A DNA stretch of 64,000 bases from Vicugna vicugna. Lineage: Eukaryota. Both the position numbers and the translations under genes were made by a program. Shown one piece after another: positions 51,838-64,000 of this stretch; the first letter of the stretch is position 1, and each line of letters starts with the position of its first letter. The notes below the pieces were generated by a model. The model worked only from the letters and a program-made list of their open reading frames with translations. It did not search any database and was not told where the DNA came from. The stretch spans positions 5,306,976-5,370,975 of the forward strand of contig MU058065.1 in assembly GCA_013265495.1 (NCBI GenBank), read 5' to 3'.

Positions 51838-52364
51838 AGAAGTTGTAGTATATTTATACAATGGAATACTACTCAGCCATAAAAAATGACAACATAATGC
51901 TATCTGCAGCAACGTGGATGTTCCTGGAGAATGTCATTCTAAGTGAAATAAGCTAGAAAAAGAAAGAAAAATACCATTGAGGTTGCTCATTACATAGAAT
52001 CTAAAAAAAAATATAAATACAAAATAGAAACAGACTCATAGACATAGAATACAAACGTGTGGTTGTCAAGGGGGAAGGGGATGGAGTGGGAGTTCAAAAT
52101 TTGTAGATACTGACAGGCATACGTAGAATAGATAAACAAGATTATACTGTATAGCACAGGGAAATATATACAAGATCTTGTGGTAGCTCACAGTGAAAAA
52201 AAATGTGACAATGAATATACGTATGTTCATGTATAACTGAAAAATTGTGCTCTACACTGGAATTTGACACAACACTGTAAAATGACTATAACTCAATAAA
52301 AAGAAGTTTAAAATAAATTAATTAATTAATAAAGTAAAGTAAAATAAAAGCCTGTAAGAGAAAA
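51481..52364 (+). mobile_element. Relatively young 5'-truncated LINE-1 with TSD
   Basis: ORF2 3' end, 3' UTR, AATAAA, A-rich tail; TSD aaaaagatttggt (51468-51480) / aaaaagatttagt (52365-52377). Confidence 0.95.
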
Positions 52365-53434
52365 AAAAAGATTTAGTTTCCCCAAAGGAAAATTTTGAAG
52401 AGGAACCACCCATTTGATCTCGTTGCTCACCCTCTTGGTTACCAAAAAAGTCGCACATGCTCAGAGATGTCCTGTGATGCTTCAACTACTGTCTCCCAGA
52501 ATGGATGTCTGCAGTTTCCTTTCTTTCTGAAGCTGCTAAACCTTTTCTCAAAATGAAACTGCGGTTATGTAGAGCTCAATACAAAAAAAAAAAAAAATGC
52601 AGAGCTAATCTGCTTGCAGAAAAGGAAGAAAGGAGGGGTTGAAAACTGTCTTGTAAAGGGCCTGCCAATCCATCACCACCTCTCCCTAACCCACCCTCCT
52701 CCCACACACATGTTACTTTGAAAACCACTGTCTAGTACCTGAGCTGTGGAAAGTCAGCACTGCATGGACCAGGAGACCTTGCATGTTCTGTGCTCCCTTC
52801 ATGACAACAAGATCTGACCCTTCGACCCCAAAATATACTCCCTTGGAAATGTTTCCTTCAGGTCATTTTATCTACTAAGTTCTGAGAACAACAGCATCGA
52901 TGGTCTTTCCTTGACGACTTCTATTCTAATTAAGTACAAAGTCACTTATGTGAATAATACATAAGTATAATTTACAAGCAGTAGAAGTAACCACAAAGCA
53001 GGTAATTTTATATAAAAAAAATCTATCATTTCAGCATGCCTTAGGCACTTCTCTGCCCTCCTGACACCCACCTTCAATGAGCTGAAAATAATGCCATGCT
53101 TATAAAGCAAAAATTAGAAAGTTTTATTCTAATTTGCCATTTGGAGCCCATGAAATATGATGGCTTACGGCCAAGACTGCATTCTCCACTCCTCATTGTA
53201 TGGGATGCTCATCTTTCTTCCAAATGGTCAAAAGCTACATCAACTGAAACGATGTATCCAAAATTATAAAAGAGTGTTTGGATTAAAATTCCAAAACATC
53301 AATAAGGAAATGCATAGATAAAATGATTCCCAAATACACCAGGGGCCATCTGAACTGAGCACCATCCAGCTGGAAAGTTCTTAAGAATGCTATTTTCCAT
53401 TAAAGCAAATTGGCAGAAAAGCTCCAGTTCTGCC

Positions 53435-53945
53435 TGTGGCAGTCAGCCTCCAAGATGGCTCCCAGTGACCCCCGACCCCTAATATTCATACCCTTATGTG
53501 GTCCCCTCCCACGTTCTACTAGGACTGGGTCTGTACAACCAATAGCATATGGCAGAAGTGTTGATTTGTCATTTCTGAGGAAGTTAGCTGCAATGTTATG
53601 AGCTGCCCTATGGAGGGACCCACATGGCAGGGGACTGAGGGAGGCCTCCAGCCAACAGCCATGAGGAAATGAGAATCTCGGCTGAGGAGTCTGCAAAGAA
53701 CTGAGGCTTTCCAACAACCACGTGAATGAACTCAAAGAGGGCTTCCCCTCAGTCCAACTTTCAGCTGAGACTACAGTCCAACCAATAGCTTGACAGCTCA
53801 TGAGATACCCTGAGCCAAAACCACACAACTAAGCCACTTCTGGATTCATAACTCTCAGAAACCATGAAAGAATAAATTTTTGTTATTTTCAGCTGCTAAG
53901 TTTGGGGGTAATTTGCTATGCAGCGATAATTTGCCTTGACTATAT
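53435..53945 (+). mobile_element. MLT1F-like MaLR solo LTR
   Basis: tgtggcagtcagcctccaagatggctcccagtgacccc...gaggcctccagccaacagcc...gctaagtttgggggtaatttgctatgcagc. Confidence 0.9.
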
Positions 53946-54419
53946 CCACAGACCAAAGAGGGGCTCAATCATAAAAAAAATAAAGTTCATAATATGTCTG
54001 AAGATGAGGTCAAAGGAATTAAAAGATTTGGGGAGCTCCAATTCTGAGTATAAATCAGAAGGTAAAAGTCTAGCTGAGACCCCCATTACCATCACAGAAA
54101 GGGAGGCAGAGGGCAGAAGGAGAAAGCCACTGTAAGAAGTCCATAAGCTTCCAGAACCAGCTCATTATTTTTGTTATTGCCTATTTCCGGGAAGTGATCA
54201 ATACATAAAACAAAAAGGGCCTTGGACTTTCACTGAGGCAACAAAAAGGACCGAACTGAGAAAATGAACTTCTACTCCTTAGCCAAATTTTGAGGGGTTG
54301 AAGAATCCGAAGATAAGGAAGCAGGCTGAGGTTCCGAGACCTCACACGTGAAAGAAAAGGAGAAAATGTGGAAGTGATGGGGCCTGAAATGGGGGCTGAG
54401 AGCTTCACTCACTGCATCA

Positions 54420-55030
54420 CTCATTTTGAAAAGAACATTAAATGGGCATTTACCATATTCTAGACAATGTGCTAGGGATGGTAATAACTGCAGAATAGTG
54501 ATGGATATAGGCATGCAGTGGATGCCAGGAGAACCTAGGAAGAGACATTTAAATCATAATGGAGGAGGGAGATCAGGAAAGACTTTCCAGAGTACCTGGG
54601 ATCTGATGTGAGTTTTGATGAACCAGGAGAAAAGCATCCATGGCAAACATAACAAGTACAAAGGCATGAAAATGTTCAACGTTGTGATATCCTCGGAGAA
54701 CTGCAGAGAATGTAGCATAGTTGGAGGGAAGAACACACCCAGGAGGGCTGTGTAAGGGAGGGATAGATAACTGGGGCAAAATCATGAAGGAATTCACGAA
54801 TTCAAGTATTAAGTTTTAACCTGGAAACTAAAATCCGTCGTTAACCACTAAAAAGTTATAAACACGGACACATGCATTCATTCAACAAACATCACTGTAA
54901 CATCTATTCTGGGCCAGGCATTGTGCTGGGATAGCGCTAGGGATACATCACTGGACAAGATTAATGTGGTCCCTGCCCTTGTTGCACAGATGACTCAGAA
55001 GAAAAACAGCTGCATTAATGAGTTAAGTGT
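54420..55030 (-). mobile_element. Two LINE-2 3' fragments
   Basis: cattcattcaacaaacat...gggccaggcattgtgctgggga...ccctgccct; gatcaggaaagactttccagag. Confidence 0.8.
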
Positions 55031-56904
55031 TTTAGGGAGATCCCTTCAGCAGTGGTGTGGGGGATGGCTAGGCACGGGACGGGGAAGGAAAATAGTTTCC
55101 CAAATGCATTTACAAAGACGTGCTCATATTCCACCCCCCGCCCCCCCCCCCACATTAGTCTTACCCTGCCTTCATACTTGCCAAACACACTTATAAAAAT
55201 TCTAGGATAACAGTTGTGTACGCCCCAAGCAAGGATTTGCCAAACCTATCTTTAAGCTCCTTTTGGAGAAAAGGCAAGAAGGACTTAATGTCAGAATTGA
55301 GAAAGACCCCGAAGATCATCCATTCCCCTCACTGCGTGCTACCAACACAGAAACTGAGGCCCAGAGATGGGAGGGAGCCCCTCCAAGATCTCAAGGCTGG
55401 TTGAGTCTCCCAGGTTCCCTCCCAGTGCTTTTTCCACCGCATCTCACTAATGCCATCATCCTTCGACGGCTATGCTTCAGCAGCCTGCAAGAGCAGCATG
55501 CAAAAAGAAAAGCCCAGAGCGTGACAGAGGTTTTAGCCTCAGTGAACGGCGATGGCTTCATTCGGCAGCTGTCCAGCTCCCTGCTAAGGCTGTTTTCCTC
55601 TACTCAATTAGACAGAGCACTGGGGGGCGATCAGGCTGAGAAATTCTCTGGGGTCCCATCTGTTAATTGAAGCCACTGTCAGATTTTCCACCGTATGACG
55701 AATGATCAAAGATCTCTTCTCCCTTTCTTTATCTCCCTCTTATTCCAAGGCAACATTAGGCCAAATTACAAGTAAGAAATGGTTCAATCTATTTTAAAAT
55801 GGAAATAAAACAGTCAAAAAGGAACGGAGAGGCCTAATCACTTAGATAGTTTCAAAGTTTGATGCCAAGAAGCATCTATCTTTCAAAGGGGACGAGGACC
55901 TCATTTCGGACAATTCCAGCAACCTATACGAGCTCCATGTTGGCCTCGTCCCTTTCAGTCGTGCTGCAGTCACCTGCTGTTTAACAGACATGCAGTGGCT
56001 TAGGTCCTCTGGGCACTGGATGCATCAGTGGCCAGCAAATTAACAGCCTGTGTCTATAGTGACATCCGTGTTCTCAACTTAGTGGTTAATTTATTTAATG
56101 AACAGCTTCTGTCCTCATTAAGAGGGTTAAAAGTGGATTGGACAGGGTAATGTGATAAATAGGTGGTGGGGTTTTTTCCCATTCCCAGGGTTAATTGTTT
56201 GTATTTCATTCATTTCTTAAATATTTATTCTTCAGTATGTGAGTGCCTGACTCCAGGCTTGGTCTAAAGCCCCTGGCCAAAAGGCTCATCCTCTACCCAA
56301 AAAGAGCTCAAGCTCAGTGGGTAAGTCATATAAGCCAGCTCACAGTTACCCAACAATGAGATGTGTGCCCTGAGACTCTCTGAGTTGAATGAAGACAGAG
56401 GAATTAAGTGGTGGCCACTAGGTTGAAGACAGAAACATCAACCCATGCGCATGTCTATGCATTTTCTGGCTGTTGCTAGACATTAACCCCAAACAGCAGA
56501 GGCAAAAAAGAAAGTCTATCCAACAAGGAAAGAACCAAGAATTGCCTGTTCCAAATAAGAAGGGCAAAAAAAGTTCCACTTAACACAGAAGCAATCAGTA
56601 TGTCCAGGTGGGATTTCCAATCACTAAAATCAGGACATGTCGCCTCCTCTTTTGCTTCCTCCTTTGTACTGACAGAGTATTCTCTCAGCTTCTTACAGCG
56701 CTGGTTGCTCTCTGCCTTTCGCCATAGTTATCTGCAGATACGTCTGTCCCTCTACTCCATAGCAAGTTCTTGAGAATTCTGGTCCCTGCTGCCTACTGGT
56801 TATGTTGATTTCCCAATCACTGATAGTTGGATGGAAATAAAATTCCAAAATGGGGGATGTGTCTCCTGTAAGGTACTCCCTCCCCACTTCACTTGAGGCC
56901 ATAA

Positions 56905-57110
56905 AAGTATAGAGAAGTGGTTAAAAGTACAGATCCTGGAGCCCAACTGTCTGTGTTTGGATCCTGGCTGACACATACTATGTAACCTTGGGACAAGTTG
57001 CTAATCCATGTTGTTCACCAGTTTTCTCATCTATAAAATGAGGACAGAAATAATACTTTCCAGCACTGCTGTGATATCTAAATGTATTCATATATAGAAA
57101 AGAATTTAGG
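56905..57110 (+). mobile_element. MIR SINE
   Basis: agtggttaaaagtacagatcctggagcccaactg...gtaaccttgggacaagtt...cagttttctcatctataaaatgagga. Confidence 0.9.
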
Positions 57111-57137
57111 GGGAAAAAGAACAGAAATTCTGCTAAA

Positions 57138-57814
57138 TTTGTCCTCCCCAGGGGCAAAAATGTCCCAGGAAAACTGCTTCCTATTATAAGTGGATTTATC
57201 ATTTCCAGAACGTTGCCCACTCTGGGATCTGAACCACAGGGTAGCTGAGTCTCAGTCCCATGCTTTAAATGTTTTTCCCTTCATTTCTTTGTATTAAAGA
57301 GAAACTCTAACAAAGACTAAACAGTTATTATACAGCTCAGTGATTCATACCTTTAAAAAATGAAAATTAAAGGAAAATTGGTGGCCTCAATAGTATTTTG
57401 AATCTCATTAGACTAGACTCTATACTTTTTAAAAAGTACAGCAATGAAGGACACTGTGGAAGTACAGTGTCCATGTCTTTTTTATCTTTGACATCACATC
57501 ACCTAATACGGTATCAGAGACGTAGTAGTAGGTGCTCAATAAATGTTTCATGAATGAACAGCTCACTTTATTTTGGCTCATATGTTTAATAGCTTTCCTT
57601 GACATAAGTAAAGCTATGACTTACACTGACACATATATACACATAGGCATTCATGTGTGCGTAATTTTCATTCCATTTTAAGTAAGTCTGTATAAAAATA
57701 AACAAGAAGACTCAAAAGGGACCATAAACAAATTGTGGACAGAGCTATAGGCCCAAATCCATCACGAAAAGGGAGTAACTTTCCAGGGATGTTTTTGCCC
57801 TTGGGTAGGACAAA
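57138..57814. repeat. Diverged inverted repeat (arms 57138-57197 and 57755-57814)
   Basis: Ungapped 60-nt alignment, 45/60 identical by hand count. Confidence 0.85.
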
Positions 57815-58196
57815 GATTTGCATATTTTATTTTCTCATTTCCTGCAATGATTTCAGAACCCAAACTTATGAATTGTGCACCTAACATTTACAACTATTTC
57901 TAGTCCAACTGACATTGGTAATTCCAAAAAGAATGTATCACGGAGGAAATGCTCCAGTCTCATGTACAATGATGTAACAGCCACAAGATAGAGACCAAGT
58001 GACATCATTATACCAGACTTATGCTCCCTTATAACCAAGATAGCTTCTGCCTTCTCCACATCTTTGCCTGGAGACATGGAAAATTCCTCTCCCATTCTCT
58101 CCTGTAGCCCCTGTTAGTGGGAAAGAGAAAATCACCTGAGATCATTAATCCAAATATTGTTCTCTTTGTTTCAACTTTCTTTTCTTCCTTCTGGGC

Positions 58197-58210
58197 GTTA
58201 CCTTGGTAAC
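58197..58210. promoter_or_regulatory. RFX X-box motif
   Basis: GTTACCTTGGTAAC versus consensus GTTRCCATGGYAAC (13/14). Confidence 0.5.
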
Positions 58211-58843
58211 CCAGGTATTAAAAAAGGCTGTTAATTAAGTTTTAAAAAAAAACTATCATATGCATATTAGGTCATGTAGACTCTCAAGCTATGTTAACTT
58301 AGGAGGGAAAATTTTGGAAAGAATTCTAAGTGGCAAAAAACCGTATGTAGTTTAACCTGTGATGAACACAAGATTTTAACAGGCTTAAAGAGCTACCACT
58401 TACAATTTCTTCCCTCTTCCTAAATTTGTAGGAGTAAGAAAGGATTTTAGCAAGAAGCTAAAGAGAAAAGTTTAACTCTAGGCTCTTCTAGTTGACCAGA
58501 AAGGCTACTCTTTGTCTTGATTATGAGAGAAAGAGAACTACCTTCTAAAAAAAAGCAGTTAAGCGGAAGGGGTGTTCATAATAGTGGGTCTATGAGCAAC
58601 AGAAGATGGAAAATAAAGCCTTTTGCAGGTTTAATATCAAAAATCATGTTTTAGCTTTGTGATGCTAAATAACACATGAAATGTATATGAATTTGTTTGT
58701 ATTTGCTATGAAGTAATTTGAGTTTGTATTGCATTTTTTAAATAAGTAGACATATTTTGTCCAAAGTTTTAGCTCAGGAACTCATGCTGATGTCATCAGT
58801 GAAAGTCCTGGTTCACCAGGCTGCTCAGGACATATTACAACTC

Positions 58844-58878
58844 TACTGCCACCTGATGTCAACATATGGAAATTACAG
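58844..58878 (-). promoter_or_regulatory. Candidate CTCF site with upstream module
   Basis: Minus strand CTGTAATTTCCATATGTTGACATCAGGTGGCAGTA. Confidence 0.55.
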
Positions 58879-59039
58879 GGGCAGATCTTTCAACCCAAAA
58901 TTCCTCTAAAAGTCTAAGACTTAAAATTTGCATAACAAAGGCAATTTTGTAATTTCACAGAGAATACAGCTCTGACTAACACTAATACAAATGAGAAAAT
59001 ATAACTACTAAAAGAATTAATAAAATTGGTTTAGACAAT

Positions 59040-59480
59040 TGCACTGGTCAAGTGGCTGGTACAAATGCTATAAGAAAAAGATCCAAAATAATAATGACTC
59101 ATATAAAATAGAATTTTTTTTTAAGTTCTTAAAATTTTTTTAGAGGAATGAGGGGAATGGGATAACATACAGATAGCCAAGGGCTGGTATGGTTGCTTCA
59201 TAATTATCAGGAATACCTTGCTGATGAGTCTCATGGTTCAAGAGATCCCTCCTGCTGTCACCATCACATCTTTATCCCACATTGCAAAATAAATAAATAA
59301 AAAGACACATTCCTTCTCTTTAAGGGTTTGATCTAGAAGTTGTACATATTACTTCCACTCACTTCCTACTGCCCAAGACTTTAGTTCACAGGGTCACAAC
59401 TAGGTGTGGTCTGGGAAATGTAGTCTTTAAGTGGGTGATCATGCATCCAGCTAAAAATTCTATGACTATGTAATTCCATT
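59040..59480 (-). mobile_element. MLT1J-like MaLR LTR
   Basis: gaagttgtacatattacttccactcacttcctactgccca...ctgggaaatgtagtcttta...cagctaaaaattcta. Confidence 0.8.
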
Positions 59481-59569
59481 ATAATGATTAAAGGAAAATT
59501 GGCAGGCTCCACGATATTTTGATTCTCTCCTTTAATCTACTCAAGATACTTTTAAATATGAATTGCTTT

Positions 59570-60010
59570 GAAGAAAGACTAGGAAACAGTTCCAAAGCAA
59601 AGGGAGCTAAGGAGACATGACAATGGAAGGCAACACATGGTTTGGGATTCTATTCTGTTCTAAAGGACATTCTAAGGACAGCTGGCAAAATCTGAATGAG
59701 GTTTACAGATCAAATAGTGGTACTGAGTTCATATGACTTTTCTGATTTTGCTAACTGTACTGTGGTTTATGGGAGGAAATTTCCTTATTTTTAGAAACAC
59801 ACAAGGAAGAATTTATAGGCAAATAGGCATCATGTCTGCTACTTTTTCTTAAATAATCAAAAAGTGAGAGAGACAGAGAGAGGGAGAAAACAAAACTGGT
59901 AAAATGTTAATATTCGAGGAATCTAGATGAAAACTACCTGTGAAGGCTTTGTACTATTCTTGTAATTTTGCTGTAAGCCTGAAATTACATTAAAAAATAA
60001 AAAGTTTAAA
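59570..60010 (+). mobile_element. L1MC4-like 3' UTR fragment
   Basis: ctaaggagacatgacaa...ggcaaaatctgaat...ggcatcatgtctgc...gtactattcttgtaattttgctgtaag. Confidence 0.85.
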
Positions 60011-61280
60011 ATAGTACTACTTTAGTTCTGACTCAGATTAATTCATTAGATTTTTTTAATGTGGTTCATTTACAGTTTAATTACGTAACACCTTGGTCAA
60101 ACTCAAATTGCAGAAAATTTAGTGCACTTAATTTTCTATATTTGGTTTCATTTAAGCTTTAACCCCCTCCACACACACACACTTCAGAATAAACAGAGCT
60201 AAGAGGAAGAAATTATTTGTAGCATTACAAATGGTGAAAAGAGGCCACATTCGTGAAAGGCTACAGCTTTCCGTACTATGTAAGCAGGGATCCAGAGATG
60301 TGGCGAGGAAGCTTCCTGACCCAGGAGCAGGTGCAGACACTCTGTCCTTGCTTCTCCCTTTGCCAGAGTTGGGAGAGAACACAAATTCCTGCCCATTTAA
60401 GCTCAGGCTTACAGCATCGTGATGCTACCAATCTGTGAGTTTCCACTTGAGGAATGCCCAGGAAACTCAAGTCCTCCCAGATCTTAGACCAAACACACCG
60501 TCAGCCAGGGCCTTCTGCCTCATCCTCGTTGGAGCAGACAAAGCCATTCTGGTGCCCAGTTGTGCCTGAATAATAATACTCCAGCAGCCAGTGTTACAGA
60601 AAGCCAATCTCTCTCCATGTGGGCACTTCTCCAAATAGCAATAACTCCAGGACATTCTGCCCCACAACCGTCCTGGAGAAACATCCCTCACACTGGCTCT
60701 AACACAGCCTACCCTGCCGACTCTTCCTCTTCACCTGATGGGAGACGTCCACCTTCAGGCTGAGGCAGGGAACTTTATTCAAACAGAAACATAGTCAACT
60801 CTGAGTTGACCTGTGGCCCTAGTCTATGGTCAGTTCTGGTTCCATTTCTTTTTAAGCACCGAGCTGCCACATCGATGTTCAGATTGTCTCATGCCCCTCC
60901 ACGCCCCCACCCTCGCCCAGTGGTTGTAACAGCTCTTATTAGCACTTCCCAAAGGAGACACTTCAAAGGAACAGCCAGGGGCTATGAGTGAGTGGAGACC
61001 CAGGCCGTCCAGCTGTGTTCTGTCGTGCTGACTTGAAAGCAACAGAGCAGACCCCCGCCCCAGCAGCCCATTAGGCCTAGGCAGCAAGGAGCACCTCCTT
61101 TGCTAAAGTTACTCGTAAACAGTACCATGGGGACAGCCCCCTCCCCCTTTATGCCAAGCTGTACTCAAAGGGGAAAGTAAACGTATTAAATGTTTTTCAT
61201 AGCTACAGCTAATAACAGTGCCCTGGATTTGCCAGATAATATTCACACCTTCTACTCCCTTTGGATTTAAAAAACAAGTA

Positions 61281-61618
61281 CAGCCGGCCCTCTATTCGTG
61301 GGTTCCCCCTCCTCGGGTTCAACCAAGCTGGGATCAGAAATAGTCAGGAGAAAAAGTTCCAGAAAATCCCAAAAAAACAAAACTTGAATTTGCCGGCAAA
61401 TATTCACAAAGCATTTACATTGTATTTACAGCTATTTCCATAGCATTTACATTGTATTAGGTATTTTAAGTCATCTAGAGATGATTTAACGTATGTGGGA
61501 GGATGTGCACAGTTTACGTGCAAATACTGCACCACGTTACGTGAGGGACTTCGCCCCCGCAGATTTTGGTGTCTGTTGGGTACAGGGGGAGACCCCCGTG
61601 GAGACTGAGGGGCAGTTG
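61281..61618 (-). mobile_element. MER2-type TcMar-Tigger element
   Basis: TA-flanked cagccggccctc TIR; tagcatttacattgtattaggtattttaagtcatctagagatgatttaa core; internal 32-nt-period duplication at 61410/61442. Confidence 0.85.
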
Positions 61619-62864
61619 CATTTCCAAACACATGCTCCCACAAATTGGGCTTTTGCTGATAGAGAGGTTCAGAGTCTTTAAATGTCGATTTATTGGGTTG
61701 TTCACTTGCTTGATTGGTCTTCAATTGGGAAATGCTTCACAGGGATGAATAAGAGTATTTCCTCCTCAACTATCTCCTAAAAGGGTCAAGGGCAGCTCGA
61801 CGGGTTCAAACAATATTCAGCATCACCCCAGACTTGTAATCTATGAAACGGCAAGTCAACTTGGGGGAACAGGGGAACTCTCGCATGCCCTTACCCTGCA
61901 AGTAGATCATTTCTACTCATTTTAAATCCTGTTGTTCTGCTTTAACTGAATTCACGATTCCTGTGATGGCTTAGAGCAGCTGCAGCAGAAGCAAAGGTAT
62001 CAAGTCTGCTTCCTCAAGCCAGGCACTGAGGAGCCAGCACTCCAAGGCAGGCCCCTGTTTTAACTAAACAGACTATCTCAAGCTGCTCTGATCCTCAGCT
62101 ACAACACATGGGAGACTATGGCTGTTTCCCCGTCACTACACTTGCCTCCAGACCTATCAATGAATGGCCCTTTTCCCTGCATGACTGCTAATCTGATGAG
62201 AAAAAAAATTGCCTTGGCAAAAAGCATGTGTTCCATTTCCTGACCTTGGCAGCTCTAAGCTCGGCAGAACTCTCTGGGAGCCACCATCGAGCAAATCTCT
62301 TCCCTCCACTGTGAATTTGTTGAAAAGGAGAAGGAAAAGTTGCAGAAACACTTGCAAGTAAACAGCCTCTGAAATCAACGAAGACAGAGAATTACTCTTG
62401 TTCCTAATCCCCTTTTCCTCCCTCACAGCAAGCTGCCAATAACCCTGGCCTGACTCTAACACCTATCGTGACTAATGCTCCCTCTGCCTTTGAAGGGGCA
62501 TAATACTGTATATCCCCAGAACCAAGCGGTGAAGGAGGGCTTGAAAATGCACCCTTCCGTTAAGCCTGGCATATTCTAGTTCGTGCGGAGAACCACTCAC
62601 TGGTGAGGCTGTGGTTTGCACACTCTTCAGCGAAGTGGTTTTCACAGTCACACAGGAAACTGACATACTGTGTCTGGAATGGCCTGTCTGCACACAGTCA
62701 CCCTCTGCAGCTGACTCTGCACTTGGGCACACAAGTCTCACCTCGAGCAACAACATGCCTAGCAAGCAGCGAAGGCATTAGAGGGGCCAAGTAATCAACC
62801 CTTTCTGGCATCATTTAATATTTACTCGACATTTACTTGTGTAGCCTGGTAATCAATCCCAAGG

Positions 62865-63065
62865 ACTCTGTTTCGAATTCCAACCCTGACATTTACTAGC
62901 TCTCTGACCTTGAGCAAGACACTTCACTTCTATGCACATCAATTTTCTCAGCTGTAAAAGGAAACTACTTTAGAGAGTTGTGAGATTTCCACGTGTTAAT
63001 ACCTCTAGAGTATTTAGAACAGTGCCTGGCACTTAGTAAATAAATGCTCAACAAATGTTATCATA
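62865..63065 (+). mobile_element. MIR SINE
   Basis: ttactagctctctgaccttgagcaag...ttagaacagtgcctggcac...atgctcaacaaatgtta. Confidence 0.9.
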
Positions 63066-63912
63066 AGCTAATTTTAATAACTAAGAGCTCAATAAATGTT
63101 AGCTTTGCCATTATCAGCTATTCTTAATACCTATTAGCTGTTTTTATTCATTCTGGCTGTGTCCACCAAGACCTAGAAGAACCTAAATGGAGTTTCACTC
63201 ACTTGGGCTCCTACTCCAGGCCATCCCAAACGGAGCAGGAAATAGGTGACTACAGACCTGGGAAAGGGGTAATTCTAAATGCCAGCTCTGAAGCTCTGAC
63301 ACCAGTTACCTCCCACCCCGCACTCCACAAGCCCTTAAGGCACTGGCTGGTGACACGACCCCCACCCCCACCTTGGGCCCTCTTCTTCTACTTCTGTGTC
63401 CTAGGTCACTTTCTCCATTCTTATTCTTCTAAATTCTTACCGTCTTTGCTCTCTTCTTTTAATACCTATACCGACCATAGGGCTCAGGGCTTCGTTAGCA
63501 GCCTTGCTCAGTATCATGGGCTGAGATTTCTTTTCCATGGACAGTGGGCACACCAGTTCTTTCAGAGCGGTGCTGTTCACTGCTCAAGTGTTGGTCGGCT
63601 TCCCCTCACTGCTGCACAGATTGTGCAGCGTCAGTGCAAATATGCCAAAAGGAAATTCTTCAGACATTTTCTGATTATTTCGAAAAAATATTCACAAGGT
63701 ACATTTAAAGTTGCTTTTGAATTTTTGAAACAAATCCCTGTTATCTCACCCCATATTTTCCCGTATCACAGAGCAACGCAGGAGCAGTAGGCCAGGACTG
63801 GAGAGACCGGCCTCCAGCAGCACCGCTGACTCTTACTCATCATGTGACCTTGAACAAGAGAATTTCAGGATTCCCATCCAGCAAAAACACAGAGAAAAAT
63901 GCCTGAGTCTAC

Positions 63913-64000
63913 TTTTTTTTTAATTGAAGTATAATTGATTTACAATGTTGTGTTTGTTTCTGGTGTACAGCACAGTGATTCAGTTATACATACATACATA
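63913..64000 (-). mobile_element. LINE-1 3' end (runs off window)
   Basis: Poly-T then aattgaagtataattgatttacaatgttgtg...ggtgtacagcacagtgattcagttataca. Confidence 0.85.

Noticed and set aside
63607..63653. Small hairpin GCTGCACA-gat-TGTGCAGC and miR-130-like CAGTGCAA
   Set aside because: Only the seed matches and there is no pre-miRNA-length stem; an 8-bp inverted repeat is expected by chance.
63203..63790. 195-aa ORF (also 48980-49540 and 6033-6563)
   Set aside because: Non-ATG starts, no recognisable domains or coherent splice structure; compatible with chance ORFs.
1..64000. Novel prokaryote-style system (operon, CRISPR, defence island) or a named host gene
   Set aside because: The DNA is mammalian and repeat-rich. 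I see no repeat-spacer array, no gene-dense ORFs and no peptide I can assign to a known host gene.

Overview
Mammalian non-coding genomic DNA, most likely camelid (alpaca/llama/camel). The basis is four tRNA-Ala(AGC)-derived SINEs of the Vic-1 type and a young L1, with no ruminant Bov-A/BovB or pig PRE-1 SINEs seen. Much of the window is interspersed repeat: MIR, L2, L1M, MLT1, ERVL, a MER41-like LTR, a Gypsy-like LTR, and MER5/MER20/MER2 DNA transposons. All family names come from recalled consensus sequences, not a database search. I recognise no protein-coding exon of a named gene and no functional RNA gene; the only ORF with clear protein homology is an L1 ORF2 C-terminal remnant. L1 orientation bias plus several repeat-free blocks with promoter motifs and minus-strand splice donors suggest, by inference, the 5' region or introns of a large minus-strand gene with alternative promoters. 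I found no evidence of a new biological system. The best leads are the candidate promoters/first exons near 23.8 kb and 32.2 kb, an old inverted plus direct duplication at 57.1-59.6 kb next to RFX and CTCF motifs, and the MER41-like solo LTR.
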